Of a DNA stretch of 64,000 bases, positions 40,143-55,859 are shown in pieces. Source of the stretch: Octopus vulgaris (taxonomy: Eukaryota); contig OX597825.1 of assembly GCA_951406725.2 (NCBI GenBank), positions 2,728,001 to 2,792,000 on the forward strand, read 5' to 3'. Each line of letters starts with the position of its first letter. Within the stretch, counting starts at the first letter, position 1. The position numbers were made by a program, and so were the translations under genes. The notes under the pieces are model-generated. The model made no database searches and had not been told where the DNA came from. It saw nothing but the letters and a program-made list of their open reading frames with translations.

Positions 40143-41489
40143 ATTTATGCGTGGTATTTTATATCTGTTCTTATTACTTACCTTCAGCTATGTTTTGTTT
40201 GGAAGAATTAAGTTGTTATTTATTGACAAGAGGCATTCCTTGTAGCTGCAACATCACTCTATTTCATTACAATATGTTTAGGAGCTACTTCCATAATATA
40301 TAAGCTATTCTGTTTTATACTTATATTATGTGTTAAACTACACAATCTAATTGATGGTGAAATGGGTTAAATATGTTTTCAAATTCTGACATTCGGAGAA
40401 ATTAAACATCAGTTACGTTTACAAATTACTCTGTGATGGACTCTGAACAAATCAGCGATGATTTATGCACTTAAAAATAACTAATGCTTTTGAATGTTGC
40501 ATACAATTTTATTTTAAAACCAATCGTCCATTTTGTCTTCTTTTTCTCCTGTGTTTTATCAATGCATTCTGAAATAAAACCACCGTATTTTGCAATACTA
40601 GAAATCCATATCCAAATCCAATATTCCTTATGAAAACAACAAGAAATAAAATAGAAATTTAACAACAACAACAACCGCAACAGTAGCAGCAACAACAAAA
40701 TCAAATGTAAGAATATATTTCCTAGCTTGAAGTTGTAATAGAATCTAAGAAACGTTCTACTTAAGAAAACTTATTAGACAGAAAATTATATTTTGTTTTG
40801 AAAGCCTTAAATATCTAGTTGAAATTAAATTGTAAAAACAAAACAAATATGGGAAAGAAAGAGAAAAACGTTGTTTGTTAAATGAGAAGAAGAAAAGGAA
40901 TAAAAACGAGGCAAGATTTCAGTTTGATTCTCTCCAGGCATGCCTTTATTCTTGAAGAAATCAATAATGTGAAATTATTTGAAAATACGAAAAAGAGAAA
41001 TGTTAGCATTTATATTTTCTGTCAAGTTTTCCCTTCTGTTATATTCATTGGCAAACATAATTGTACAACTCAGCCATCTCCAATTGAGCAGGAATGCATT
41101 GTCTCCTTCAATATATACGGACATCTTTTTTAGAATAACAGGGAAGACAGAGTGGGATGTTAGTTAAGCGAGAGGCAAAACGGTGAGTAGCGGGGGGGGG
41201 TATATACAGAATAAAAACAACCACAACAACGAATACCACACAATAAATCTTTAATTTATTAAGCTATTTTTATATTGTACTTTATGTTATTTAATGTAAA
41301 AATAAATATTACCAGTTATCTCGATATGAAAAAAGAATATGAAAAATATAAAAAAAAGGAAAACAAGTACATCGAACGGAATATCTGCTGGTATCTGGGA
41401 ATTTAAATTCTTCTTGTTACTGAAAGGTAAACGTACAACAATTAGAGTTAGTGGTAGTTTTCATTTATAAACTATTGAATAGAGCTAAC

Positions 41490-42160
41490 TGATGAATGGA
41501 AAACAAAGAAAAGAGATATAGAGATGAGTGAAATAAAGAGAGATAGAGAGATAGAGAAAGGGGGGAAAAGAGAACGATAAGGAAAGGAAAAATAGAGGGA
41601 GAATAAATAGATGATACTAAGAAAGGAAGAAATAAGAAAATTCAAGTTCAAAAGATAAACAGACAGAGAGAGATGTGCAAATAAATGGAGAATTATGAAA
41701 GAGAGAGGGATAGAGAGAGAGAAAGAAAGAAAGAAATAAGGAAAGAAAGAGAGGAGAGACAAGAAAAGAAAAAAGAAGAGAGAGAGAAAGGAAGAGGAGG
41801 GAGAGAAAGAGTGAGAGAGGGAGAGAGAGGGGGGATTCAAAGAAAGCACAAGAAATGCGGAGTAAATAATTGCGAAGAAAATGATGACAAGAAAACAGAG
41901 AAAGGGAGATGTGCAGACTCAATGAAATAGAAAGCAAAGGAAAAGAGCAAGAGAAAAAGAGAGTGAGAGAGAGAGAGAGAACAATGGAGAAACGGACATA
42001 AATTCATATTTATATTTTGAGAGGAATAGTTAAAAAGAAAAACAGCTAAAATGGTGGACACGTGAAAGAATGCGGAGAAAAATAAGGAGAGAGTAGTTTT
42101 GTGAAAGTCAGTGAGAAAGAAAGAGAGGAAAAAATAAGGGAAATAAATGGAGGAATGAAT
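41490..42160. repeat. Polypurine (GA/GAA-rich) low-complexity tract
   Basis: Strong purine bias on the + strand. Confidence 0.9.
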
Positions 42161-42382
42161 ATAAAAAATTAGATTTAAGTAAATATATAACTATTTGTGA
42201 AACGTGTAACATTATGGTGAATTGGTGGAAGACATTTTACGGTGTGAATGAGCCAAGGAAATCAAACAAAGAACGGTTTTGTTTGTTTCAATATTTACAA
42301 AAATGCGATACATTAAGCGTGCGCCTGTATGTGAGTGTTAGCATGTAAGTACGTGTGTGTGCATGCGTGCGTATATATATAT

Positions 42383-42465
<83 letters not shown>

Positions 42466-42624
42466 TACACCAATGAACGGATCTATAGAATAACGTGGCT
42501 ATTACAGAAATCTCTTTGTCCGTATCGTTATCTGCCCTCGTGGTTAACATTTTGCACTCACGACTCAATTGCTAGATCAGATATTGCATTGTGTTCTCGG
42601 TCAATATACGTCATCTAACATTCT

Positions 42625-42780
42625 TCTGAGACTACTACGATACCCGACGTGCGGCCCACTGTGTACCTGTTTCGACAACGTCGACTCCACGGAGGGAGTG
42701 TGCTAAGGTATGTCACATGGATTTGATCCATAGAAACAAGGCAGTTGTGCATACATCGTCTTCGACGGGAGACTCCATTA
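42625..42780 (+). mobile_element. Possible RTE-type LINE 3' end
   Basis: YPTCGPLCT resembles the start of the C-terminal CPxCGRxC zinc finger; ends catcgtcttcgacgg. Confidence 0.35.
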
Positions 42781-44000
42781 ATTCGTGTATATATATATAT
42801 ATGTACATCCAATCACAGCGGATCAGCCTGTTTGTGAAATTAGCGTGCCTGTGCGTTGGTGGCAATCTCCTGCAACATTTACTGTGCACGATTTGACTTT
42901 CATTTGGTAGAGGTGTATGCAAAATCCTGAGAGCAGAGGTCTTTTAATGTTCCAGATGCAGTCAAAATCAATTTTGCGTTGAAGAGAGCCTAGGTCTACG
43001 GGGATGAACTTTGAAATTGCAAAAGAAACGCACTAAATCCATTATCAACGACACAGGATGTACTGATGAATAAATTTATTAAAAGACAAATACACTTCTT
43101 CAGTTTCTGTTAGTCATAAACGTTCAAAATTGTCCGGATCCAATAAGTTCCGAAAAATCTGAAATGAAACGGCACAACGAGATTAATCCTTTGTTTAACG
43201 CTTCCTTTTAGAACAATTTCGTTATTCCGTTGTGACTTTCTCCTTTAGCATAAATGATAGAATCAATTTTGAGAGAGATCTTGCCTTATTTCTAACTTGT
43301 TGACTGACTACCTAGAAGCAGATTATTCTCAGTTTTACTTTATACTTTACTGTGGAAAGTAATGGCGATCTTTCATTATTACATGCAATCATTCGTTACA
43401 GATATCCTTACAAATTTATTTGTCGCTTTTCATGCATTGAACGTTACTTCAAAGCCTCTGTAGTGCCTTTGTTAATTCAATTGTAGTTGCACGTACAAAT
43501 TGATTTCCAGCATTGATTACCATCAATTCTACAACGCACATAGAAATAAAGTTTCAGTATACGTTACATGCAAGAAGATAAGTCGCATGTAGACATATCC
43601 TTACATCTCATACCAAAAACAATTCCAAAACGTGGTTCGAAACAACATAGACGCAGCTAAATCATTTAGTACATCAGCAAAATGCGGAGCAATCCTAAGT
43701 TTGATTCTGATTGATATTCTTTCTTTCGGTTGTTATTAACATTAATACTACTACGAAAGCGGTCAGCCGAACAGCATATTGTCCCCCATTGAGTTATGAT
43801 GTCACACAACCACCTTGATTTGTATCCTTTCTCGACCAATTCAAAAGACCGATTGTAAGTTGAGATCGCTAGCTTGTACCAATATTTGAAATCAATGTTA
43901 ATCCTACCACTACAGCAGATATCATCGAGAGTATAATGTATGTATGTGTGTATCACGTGGCTGTGTATGCACACACACAAACACACACACATACACACAT

Positions 44001-44081
<81 letters not shown>

Positions 44082-44139
44082 CAGTGTTCATGACTACACA
44101 GTATAGCAGGCTTCGTTGGACACTGTCTGAAAGAAAAGC

Positions 44140-44655
44140 AGCATCATGACGCAATTCGCTCTGCCAGAAATTTAGAAAAGCCATCCTTTACTGCATTTTA
44201 TTCCCGCCGGAAGCACACACAGAACAACATATACCTTGCCGTGTCCCCAAAACATGTAGCGAGAGTGATTTAAAATCAAATATCCAGTAGACATCAAAGT
44301 GTTTGGAGTGATCACTAGCGATGGAGATGTTATGCTTCTAGTCATCTTCCGTCACGGCTTCGGACTGAAGACGAAGGCCTGTGCTAAGTGCCTGGGGGAG
44401 GTCTGGAAACAGGACTCCGCACCATGCCACACACGCAGGAGAACCCAGTCATGGCTGTCAAACAATTCCTGCTGCCACACCGCCCCTAACATCTAGCTAC
44501 CAAACTCACCTGATTGCAACTCGCTTAATTTTTATGTGTGGGGTGCATTTGAGCGAGAGCCAAACAAAACTCCTGGTAGCACCAAAGATGAATTGAAGGC
44601 AAGGATTATAGCAGCATTCACTATCTTAAACGCGAAGACCGTCCAGAAACGTTGT
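44140..44655 (+). mobile_element. maT (DD37D)-type transposase relic
   Basis: VFGVITSDGDVM...VWKQDSAPCHT..RTQSWL...*LPNSPDCNSLNFYVWGAFERE...KDELKARI. Confidence 0.85.
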
Positions 44656-44709
44656 ATGTACATATATATGTGTGTGTGTTTGGGTGTGTGCATGTGTGTG
44701 TCTCCGTGC

Positions 44710-44748
<39 letters not shown>

Positions 44749-47700
44749 TGTGTGCTTGTGTGTGTATACAGAAATAACAACACTACACTCGTAGACACTT
44801 TCGAATTCTCTCCCATACCGACTCCCCCACACACAAAACACATACGTAATATATTTCGGAAATATGCTTCCCTGGCAAGTGCTTTAGTGCGAGTCCGTGT
44901 GTTGAAATGAATAAAAACCTATCAGCGGTTTGTATACAGGAACTGGCCATCCAAATAAACACAAAAGTAGTTAACCTCTCTTAGAATATTTGCTATTATT
45001 TAGGATGTGCTCACTGTTAAGGAATTCCACAAATGTGTTTTAATTCTACCGCATAAGTAAGAAGGTTGTATTTAATGCGAGAAAATTTTGAAAGCAAGAG
45101 AGTTGCATTGTTTCCGAATACAGTTGCCAGAGATAGAGCAAAACACATGCATTTATTGTGTCCAAGTGCAGCACCATACGCGCTCATGTATGCGATACAC
45201 ATGTTTGTGTATTGGAGGCATGAGTGAGGTTTTTCACGCTTGGCAAGTTGATATGCATTTCTATACAGACGCAACACGCCCACAAATTTATGAATAGTGC
45301 CTCCAATTTGAAGAAGTGGTCCTCTCTTCAGAAATATAATGGAAGATTTTCTGAAATATGAACACAAATGTTGGTATATATGCAAAAGTCTGTTATTAAG
45401 GAAATGGATGAATGAAAGAGACAGGAGAAAATGGCTCGTGAATTATAGTTGCATCTTACAATTTGAGTCAGAGTAGTATCGAGATCTCTTTTGGTTTATA
45501 ATTGTATGAATATAACCCCATCCAACACGCAGACAGACCCACAGGCACATACACATGCACATATACACACATTCACACTCCCACACACAAGCACCTATTG
45601 AACTTTTAGTAGTTACTTGTTATTTCTGTGAATCTTTAAGTATACGGCAATGCATCGTCCCATTATAGATATTAGCTGAAACGGTTGTTTAGGTAATACC
45701 CCAAAATAATACTACGATAAGTGAATTTCAAATCCATTTACTGATAAGCATTATGTGAATATTACTCCCGTCATTGTTCAATTCTGACATGTAGGCAGAG
45801 TTACAAAATTAATGTAATACATAATTATATCCCACAGACTTCCTTAATTTAACAGTTTCCCTATCATTGATTTTCGTAAGTATTACCTCTTGTTAATAGG
45901 GCATGAAATTATCCACATTCATTTCATTTTATGGTTGATAAGCATTTCGCAAGAATATCAGCAATGACTAAATTTTTCCCAAGAATATTTCTTAAGTGAT
46001 GCTTATATTCGTTGGTACGATATTGGTGGCTGAAAGATTAAAATTTTTGTCAATTGTTTTTTTTTTTGCCCTCTTATTTTATCAAACGTCGGCCATTATA
46101 AATATGGCATTAATTAACCAACGGTGAGTGCAATGAAATCAGTTTCACTATTACTGAAGTTCAGTCATTCAATTTTCTTTCTATGAAGAATAACAAGGGA
46201 TTCATGAAATATATCATAGAAAAACCCATTCACTGGGACCTCGATTAATAAGTTAGAATCTTTAGAAAACAAGTGAGAAAATAATATCAAGTGTTGCAGA
46301 TGATGTCAGGAATTTCTGGATAAGAATTTCTCTCTGAAACAATTGTGCTCTCGGGTTGCATCCGACAGACCGAGTAAGTTTAGTATGGGATTTCTAGTAG
46401 ATTTCTGAATAGTTGTGTGAGCGAACGTCGGGGAGAAAAGCAACTTCTTTTGGATACAAGTCGATATATCTCACTTCTGTTGAATTATACCTAACACAAT
46501 TCGTATTTGAGAAGAAAAAGAAAGATAAACTAATTACACGTAAGAGAAAATTTAGCCCAACAAATGTAAGTAGGAACATCAGATTGAATACATGTTCTCA
46601 ATTGTAAAATCTCTCGTTATTTCAGCTGCAGAAAATGTATCAATCTTTGAGAACTCATGTCTTATAAATTCAAATAAGGAGACATCTTTGTTTCAAAAAG
46701 TCGATCACCTGTTGATCATGAAATTTGTTTTCGAATAAAATCTATGCAAAGAGTATTACATTGGGCAACGGAAATGTATCTTAAGAAACAGAAACAATAT
46801 TTATAGGTAATACATCTGACATTCTATTAATGTACAAATTCCTTTAAGTGAATACTTACATTATTGCTTTAAAGAAATACCTCAAAAATAAATCCATCAA
46901 AACCTTCCCACTTTAAGCAGTCTTCTGATAAAACTAATGATTAAATCCGGGGAACTAAAGGAAATGGGTTTCAGAAGTGATTGAGGAACAAAATAAATAG
47001 GCGAAAACCTGTGTAACCAAAAGGATTCAACAAAACATCTTTTAAATAACATAGAAAAACAGAAATACTGATATCAATAAAATATTAAGCAAGCAAGTAT
47101 CACAAATAAAGATGTGAAACCTTTGGTTAACAAAAAAAAAAAAAAAACAACAAAAAAAGGAAAACAAAAAATAATCAAAACGATCTTCTAAATTACGCAA
47201 TCAACGAACAATGGTCTGTTATGGGTGAAACAGCAAACTAACTGTAACTAATGAGGGTCAGAGAATAATTAACTACATTCTATAAATACAGTCGATGGCA
47301 TAAGGAAAGTAACAACGAATAAAGATTCTTCGGGGCGAATTTTAAAATATTTGAAAATATCCATTGCAAAAAGAAGACAAGTAATATAACCAACTGTTAC
47401 TTCAATTAGATTACAGTGGTAAGAATAGACGGTAAAATCGAAAAAACTACCACATAATCCATTTATGATAAACAACCACATAAATGTACACAGAAAACTT
47501 GGTATATACCGAACATGTTCAATATCACACTCTCATCGAAAATCATGAAACATAGAACAAGGAAGTGTAATTTCAAATACTTTATGTTACTGTTCATATG
47601 TGCGTTTGTGTGTAATTGTATCTACGTGTTTCTTTCCCGCCGTCTGTGTTGGTTATTTAATATCCCGAATTTATAGGGCTCGACAAAAGAAGGCGATGTA

Positions 47701-48284
47701 ACAAGTATCAGATATAAAACATGCTTGTACTACAGTCGCTTATATCAATGAATGATCTTAACGCGGTGCCCCACAGTAGTACGCAATGGACCGCTGTAAA
47801 AATGGTATAAGAATACAAGAATAGAAAATATCAGGAAATATTAGCTGCACTACCAATTAACAACACATGAGATTTCGAGAAATTTTTCCGATAATTCTTC
47901 AGCACAGATTTGAAGTCAATGATTCTTCCTGACACTTTTAACTGGAAATGAAGGAAAGGTTTTAGACTTACATTTTCATATTTATTAGAGCTAACACAGC
48001 GCCATTTTCAATATGTCCTTAGAATGGAAAGTCCGTTATAATTGTGGCTTACGAAGATTCTTTCGATCGATTACCAGATGGCATACCAGTGCCACCAAAC
48101 AAAGTCGAATAATGTAGAAGGTAGAAATGGTTGAATGATCAGTTTGATTGCAATACCAGCAACCATTAACAGTTAGTTATATAGGTGCGGAAGAGAATCA
48201 TAACGTATACATGCACATTTATATATAAAGATTATGTGGGCGTTAACATGGGTGTGTGTGGGTATATATATCTATCTATACATC

Positions 48285-48525
48285 TATACATAAATATAAG
48301 AGAGTGACCACTATATGGTCGACTCTAGCGCTAAAAATAGATCCGCTATGGTATTAGCCACTAAAAATACCATAGCGGATCTATTTTTAGCGCTAGAGTC
48401 GACCATATAGTAGTCACTCACTTATATTTATGTATAAATTTTTATTGTATCCCTGTTTTTTATGCGCTAAGCCACTTGGTGTTAAATTGATGGTATTATC
48501 AAATTAATATCTAATTTTTCACCCT
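48285..48525 (+). mobile_element. Fold-back element 3 (71-bp inverted arms + tail) in TA-rich context
   Basis: Arms 48285-48355 and 48366-48436 differ at 2 positions by my count; 10-nt loop; tail begins aaattttta and ends aaattaat...tttcaccc like element 1. Confidence 0.88.
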
Positions 48526-48666
48526 TATTTGTAATTATCTATACATCTATATATAAGCATATAATATATATATATAAATACATACCTGTATATTATATAT
48601 GTATATGTGTTTGTGTGTGTATGTATACATGCGCACAAACACACACACACTCTCTCTCTCTCATAT

Positions 48667-48709
<43 letters not shown>

Positions 48710-49350
48710 TATATACATTTTATATAGTCATAGTATGTGTGTCGAGTGGATACATGCATATCTACAAACACATGCACTAATATACGATCATCGACATGTA
48801 CATATATATTTATATGTATATGTTTATATAGATGTATGCGAATGTGTCAGTGTGTATGTGGGCAAACTTATGTACATATGTGTGCATATGTGTGCAACAG
48901 TGGGTACGCATTTGTATACGTGTGTATGCATTTTAGTTTCGAAGCATTTTTATCTCTATGTAAATTATTACATACATATGCAGGCGTTTATGTAAATGAA
49001 TGTAGAAAAGCAATCTTTACTACTTCAGGCTGATACATAAAAACAAATGGCGAATCTGTGCATGAATTTTTATTTGTGCAAATATTGAAGGCTTTGGACT
49101 GAAGGCTGCTCTTCCTTTTCGCTCTATGCTCTATCTTCATCACCAATTCCTTGTACAATCGTATGCAATGGCAGTGGATCCTTTATCTACATTTATCAAC
49201 ATTTGTGTGTTTCGCAGATCAGGTTATTTGTTTCTATCTGGATATATTTATGTTCGTGTATACACACACACAGACACACACACACGCACGCACACATTTA
49301 AACTCACGTACACACAGCGACAGACATACACATACACATATATACATACA

Positions 49351-49402
<52 letters not shown>

Positions 49403-50033
49403 CATACACACATTCATATATATATATGTATGTATATATGTATGTGTGTGTGTATGTATGAATATGTATATTGTATTGTAAAATATATCCTCATTCATAC
49501 AAATTTTTATGTTCATTTTCTTCATATTCTCGGTTGTATGCATGTGTATGTCTGCATAACTATCTGTTGCTTAAATATCTGTTGTTTATCTATGTTCTTC
49601 AGTCTCTAATATCGTCTTATCTCTGGCTGCTTGAATTAGTATTGCATACTTTTGAATTTATGAAGATTATTCCAATTTTTATCTGATCTGCTCTGCAATG
49701 AAATCTATAACTGTCATGGAGTTTCGTTTCCTTGAAACTGATATAGTAAGACAAGGGGAAGATCATCTTCAAACGTTGACATACAATACTCACTTGCATC
49801 CGCCATATCAACACACATCTCCATGACCTCTTGACCTGTAAAATGGAACGACCAACTCACTTGCAAAGACGTTACTACTATCATTAAAATGAAACAAGAC
49901 CTTATTACAAGTAGCACTAGATAATTATCGTTTCAAATCTTGGCACAAAGCCAGCAACTTTAAGGCAGTGTTCAGCTGCTTATACACCTATATGTTGTGT
50001 GAATATATAACCGGGTCTCTTTCTCTCTCTCCC

Positions 50034-50068
<35 letters not shown>

Positions 50069-50089
50069 TAAGTATATTGTTACTGATAG

Positions 50090-50137
<48 letters not shown>

Positions 50138-50149
50138 CCACATATTGGG

Positions 50150-50300
50150 GTTCTTCACAATTTTTGACAAATGCGCTCACAAAGCACTGGTCGGCCATAT
50201 ATTATATATGTTGTTATTTGCAAGGTGTAACGCAGTGGAACGGATCCTGGGACTACGTGGTGTCAGTTTGATTGTAACAACACTGCTAGGTTGCGCCTAT
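50150..50300 (-). mobile_element. SINE family C 5' part, diverged
   Basis: ctcacaaagcactggtcggcc and gcaaggtgtaacgcagtggaac...tacgtggt are reverse complements of family C blocks. Confidence 0.6.
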
Positions 50301-51570
50301 AATTAACAATTTCCTATCTTTCGCCGATTTCTTTTCTCAGGCCAACGAGAACTGAATTATATAATGACACCATCGTATATTTACATTGTTACAGTTTACT
50401 GTATTTTCCACAATAAAATTAAAACATTTAAACGCTATGCGCAATGTCCATATGAGGTGTAAAGTTTTTCATGTTATACATTTAAAAAAAATCATATATA
50501 TGAACCTAAGCTATTTAACTACCTCAAATCCAATGCATTGTATATTGTTCGGTTGAAGACTCTCCCGTGTGTCCATGGTGCAATGTTTCGACGAAACAAA
50601 GAAATAAGTATGTCGGCTCACGTCTTAGGAAACTTAGGAATATGGAAACTGTAAGGAAGCCGTTATAAATGAGATTTGCCATTTATTTAGAAGCAGAATT
50701 ACATCTTTATTTGTAGAATTATTTCCTTGGTCAATTTCTCATCGCTATTGACCGCCTGGTGCCTCTGCGTTGTGAACATTGTACTGAAAGAAGTCTTTGA
50801 CATCATCTCCATTGTTGATGAATCATGTTTTCGTATATCAATTAGTTATGCCTTAGTATTATAATTGGGCAGATCAATTTGCTAAGAATAGGGACTATGT
50901 CTACTACAAATTACTCTTTACTGTTCGAAAGTCAACAGCTACAGTCGATAAATTAGGTTTAGGAAATCTATGCAGGTAAAAGAGGTCACTCAGTCAAGAG
51001 ACACAGACTTTGCGGTACTTGCAATGATAATAATGGGCAGAGTCAAAAGATATTGATCAATCGAATATTTTCTGGATGGGTCGAACCTTTTGTAAGAAAC
51101 GTCGACAAATAATGACATATATAATTAGAAACACAGTGACGGCAATGCCTATGTTGTGAAAAATTCATGACTGACAAAACCATATAAAGACATAGAAATA
51201 AGGCAGTAACAGAAATTATGCATTGACAAAACAGCTGACACATTAAGCAGCGACGACACCAGATATAACCTTTAACATTAGTGAGTAGAAATTGGATATA
51301 GTCTAGAATATAATTTGTTAGATGATGTCCGGAGTAATACTTCTAGTCATTATGAGATTTCTTGAGTTAAGGGTACAAATATAACATCAGAACCATACAG
51401 AGGCAACGTAGGCGATTGTAAGTACGGATAACGTATTTAATATAACCAACAGCCTCACCTGCATTAATATCAATTTTAAACGTTTGAGAAGTTGACAGAA
51501 TATCGTCATATATAACAAATAGGAGAAGAAGTTATAAATTTCGAAAAAAAAAACTGTAGGGCGTAATTAT

Positions 51571-51957
51571 TCTTTTCTTCTCTAGGCACAAGGCCCAATT
51601 TTTTTAGGGAGGGGCCAGTCAATTACATCGACCTCAGTACTTAATTTATCGACCTCGAAAGGATGAAAGGCAAAGATGACCTCGCCGGAATTTGAACTCG
51701 GAACGTAAGGGCAGACGAAATACCTATTTCTTTACTTCCCACAAGAGGCTAAACACAGAGAGGACAAACAAGGCCAGACAAAGGGATTAAGTCGATTATA
51801 TCGACCCCAGTGCGTGAGTGGTACTTATTTAATCGACCCCGAAAGGATGAAAGGCAAAGTCGACCTCGGCGGAATTTGAACTCAGAACGTAACGGCAGAC
51901 GAAATACTGCTAAGCATTTCGCCCGGGGTGCTACCGTTTCTGCCAGCTCGCCGCCTT
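51571..51957 (-). mobile_element. Two adjacent SINE family B copies
   Basis: gaaaggatgaaaggcaaag...gaatttgaactc occurs twice (~51655, ~51840); second copy is complete to its head aaggcggcgagctggcagaaac. Confidence 0.9.
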
Positions 51958-53084
51958 TATAGAGTGAAATTATTGCATATCCACAGGCATAAGGTAGTAA
52001 TTGTAATCGTCTTTCTCTCTTGCTTAATGTACGCTGGAGTAATATATGACTACCGTCACAGAAGCAAATATGTTTGTGTAGAATTTTGCAGTGCACTCAG
52101 TGTTCTATGTCTACTACGATACCCTCAGATGTAAAGCAAACTGAAGCAGCTAAATTCAGTTTGGATGGTATAGTTATAAATTAGATAATGTGGCATTCCG
52201 TTACATAGTAATAATTTTTAGATTATATGGCAACTATTTCTGGTAGATCATAAAACTATGCAACGACAGTGTGAATGTTACGTAACAAGAAAATAGAAAT
52301 TGGTTCAAGTAGCTAGGAACAGCAACCGCATTTCTTACAATTCATATATCAACAATCTTAAGGAAAGTATACACTCTAACGAAAGTGATTGTCATAGTTA
52401 TCATACGTCTACCACATTTATAAAGACTCTTTCTGCAGTTGATTTTCCGTGTTGCATAGTTAAAAATACCCTAAAACGTCCCCTCGATCCCGAAGAAAGT
52501 TGTTCCATTTATGTTGTGTGTGTGTGTTTGGCTGTCTGTTTCGCTTTAGGTGAATGTCTTCATGTATCCTGTTATAAAGTGTTGCATTCTTCATACCCCT
52601 ATACTTAGTGTTCATAATCATATCTTCAAATGTCTTATATAACGTTTGTTTGTCACAAGGAAAGATTTGGCTATTCTTTCTAGTCGCTTGAATGACCACT
52701 CAGAAGTTTCTCCGTTAGCTCGCAATAGTTTATGCAATGTTGAATAATTATATGATCAGAGACATTTTTACATGCATCTAAGCTTAGACTCTCATAGTGA
52801 CTGACATTTTGAACTAAAGGTCATCAGTACGATACAATACATAGAAAAGTTTTTTTTTTCGATTCCCTTTGTTGTTAGAAAAACTGAATTGAGAATCAGC
52901 CAAATCAGTAAGTAAAGGCATTGAATATTCGGGTAAATAGTTATAGAAGAATTTGCAAAATGGTGCACCATTATTCTTAGTGTTGATAACTTTTTAAAAT
53001 TTTTATGCATATTTGCTAGCGGGCAGTTCACTTTTTTATAACATAGGTTTGTTTTGATGTGGCCTAGGTTTTATACGCATATAA

Positions 53085-53315
<231 letters not shown>

Positions 53316-53789
53316 TCCTTTCTACTATAGGAGTCACAATTCACCACGATATTTAAAACAATCTAAATGGACGAAATAAAACACAAATAGCGCTGGTCTG
53401 GATCTACGAGAAGGAAGTAAACATCAAGTAACATCTGTACTTAGAAATCCATACTCAATGATGCCAATTTTGGATTGTTTCCGTCTCTGCACTTTAGGGC
53501 TTCAGAAACTGATTGAATTCCGCTTGAGCATTAAGGACCGATGTAATCGAGTAGCATGTAATTGAAACTTACCCCAGGTTCCTTTGTAATGGGGTTCAAC
53601 AAGAAACCACTCCTTAATTAAATAAATTGTGACTCAAATTGGCAGTAGGTAATTTGGTTGTAATTTAAATATTGCATATAATATTAACCAATACTCTCTA
53701 CATAAAAATACATTCTGTCCTTTCAAGATGTGTTTAGTAATATCATGAACCAACAAAGACTACCAGACAGTGGCTACAAACTGTGGCTC

Positions 53790-53960
53790 TTTGATGACTG
53801 ACCTACAATTGTGAGCATCCAATTATGCGTTGGCTCATACCGATCGGCTGATAAGCTACACCATGGAATCTGGTTGTATTCTGCATGAATACATAGCCGG
53901 GACATATTTTGGTGATGGATCTGTTTGGTATAGTTGGTCGGTAGAGGATCTGGAGCACAA
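53790..53960 (+). mobile_element. Possible Tc1 transposase fragment
   Basis: HEYIAGTYFGDGSVW weakly resembles the Tc1 ECI..T..FGGGSVMVW segment. Confidence 0.3.
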
Positions 53961-54949
53961 CAATGTCACTAAGACTATTCCATATCACGCGTTTATTTTT
54001 TTATTTCGTAGACATGAAAGATGAAAAGTTTGAGTAAATAAAAATTATGTATGTTTATAATTGCAGCCAAACATGTGGAAATATAACTTAATATAAAATA
54101 TGTAGAAGTCAGAGCAGCAGGCTGATTATGTTGAACATGACAGAGATATTTTATTGCATCAATATGTACGGAAAGAAAATGAAGAGATCGGCGCGCTAAC
54201 ACACACACACACACACACATACACACGCGCACACACACACACATACACACACGCACACACACACCCACACACAAATACACACATACGTATAAACACATAC
54301 ACACACTCATAGACACATACAAAAGTGTGCGTGCTTACATGCACAGCTGACAAAATTTTATGAGTGTCCCTTTGTGTCTATACATATTTCTGTGTGTGTA
54401 CGTGCGTTTATATGTGTATGTATATGTAACGAGAATTTTGGAAGTAAAATCAAGCAAATAAATATACCATGAGCGACCGAACAAAACAAAACAAAGCACA
54501 ACCATTTTGACTTGCATCACAAGAAAAGAATTATGCCAGAAAACATGTTTTCTAGAATAATTTTGTGTTGCTTGTCATATATTTCCAACTTTCTGATAGG
54601 AAATAGTAAAAATGACCGAACCTATCAATTAAACATGTGCTGAACTCGCTTGTTCTGTTTTCTTCAAAGGCTAAGAGGAATCAATTATTTATTGCTTGAT
54701 GTTAAGAGTTTGACATAGATCTCGCCCGCCCAGTGCCAAGTTCTTTGAATTGTCAGAAACATTGTACAAATACTATGTCATACCCAAATGTTGTTTTCTC
54801 TTCTCTGAGAAATATATAATTATATTATGGTTATGTTTCTTGCTGCCATTGGAGAATATTCAATATTTTATCTGCTATTTTTGTTCATATTTTTGTCTTT
54901 GTTATTAGTAATATTCTCTCATATCAACAAAACACAATAAAATACGATT

Positions 54950-55049
54950 TGGATTATACATACATATGTACATATATGTATATATATTATATATGTGTAA
55001 GTATATATATATACACATATATATATATATATATGTAGATAGATAAATA

Positions 55050-55098
<49 letters not shown>

Positions 55099-55360
55099 TA
55101 CATATATATATGTGTGTGGGTGGGTGTTTTGTATGTGTGTAAGTAAGTTTGCATATATGTACCTCTATGGAGAGATGCATATTACGCACGCACATATAAA
55201 ACTGCACACATAATTTATGTAATACACACACATGTGTATGGATGTGCATCTTTCTCCCTGCGTGCATGTGGGTGCGCCGGTAAAAGTCTATATATACGCA
55301 TACTACCTACAAGTAAAAACATGGAGTGCATGCATACATACATACATACATACATGCATA

Positions 55361-55393
<33 letters not shown>

Positions 55394-55435
55394 TATATAT
55401 AAATATATAAATATACAATTTTTTTGAAATATCTA

Positions 55436-55496
<61 letters not shown>

Positions 55497-55619
55497 TCAT
55501 TCTCCATGTGTTTGCTATTTCTCTGCACATTGGAGTTGAGAAATATCCAAATAAAATATATGTACATGCACATACATGCAAGGCATATTTTCGCCCATCT
55601 ATTTTTCTATTATGTATAT

Positions 55620-55661
<42 letters not shown>

Positions 55662-55761
55662 CGACAAATCTATATTACAAATATACTCATACATAAATGC
55701 ATATTCATATAAACTAGATACATATATATAAATATATATAGATAAATGAAAAATATATATG

Positions 55762-55817
<56 letters not shown>

Positions 55818-55858
55818 TATATCTATATATGCATCATTTTCTCTATATGTATATATAT
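54950..55858. repeat. Extended (TA)n/(CATA)n low-complexity region
   Basis: Direct inspection. Confidence 0.9.
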
Positions 55859-55859
55859 A

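Noticed and set aside
51895-51957. tRNA-like A/B box sequence
   Set aside because: It is a SINE head continuous with the SINE body, not a tRNA gene.
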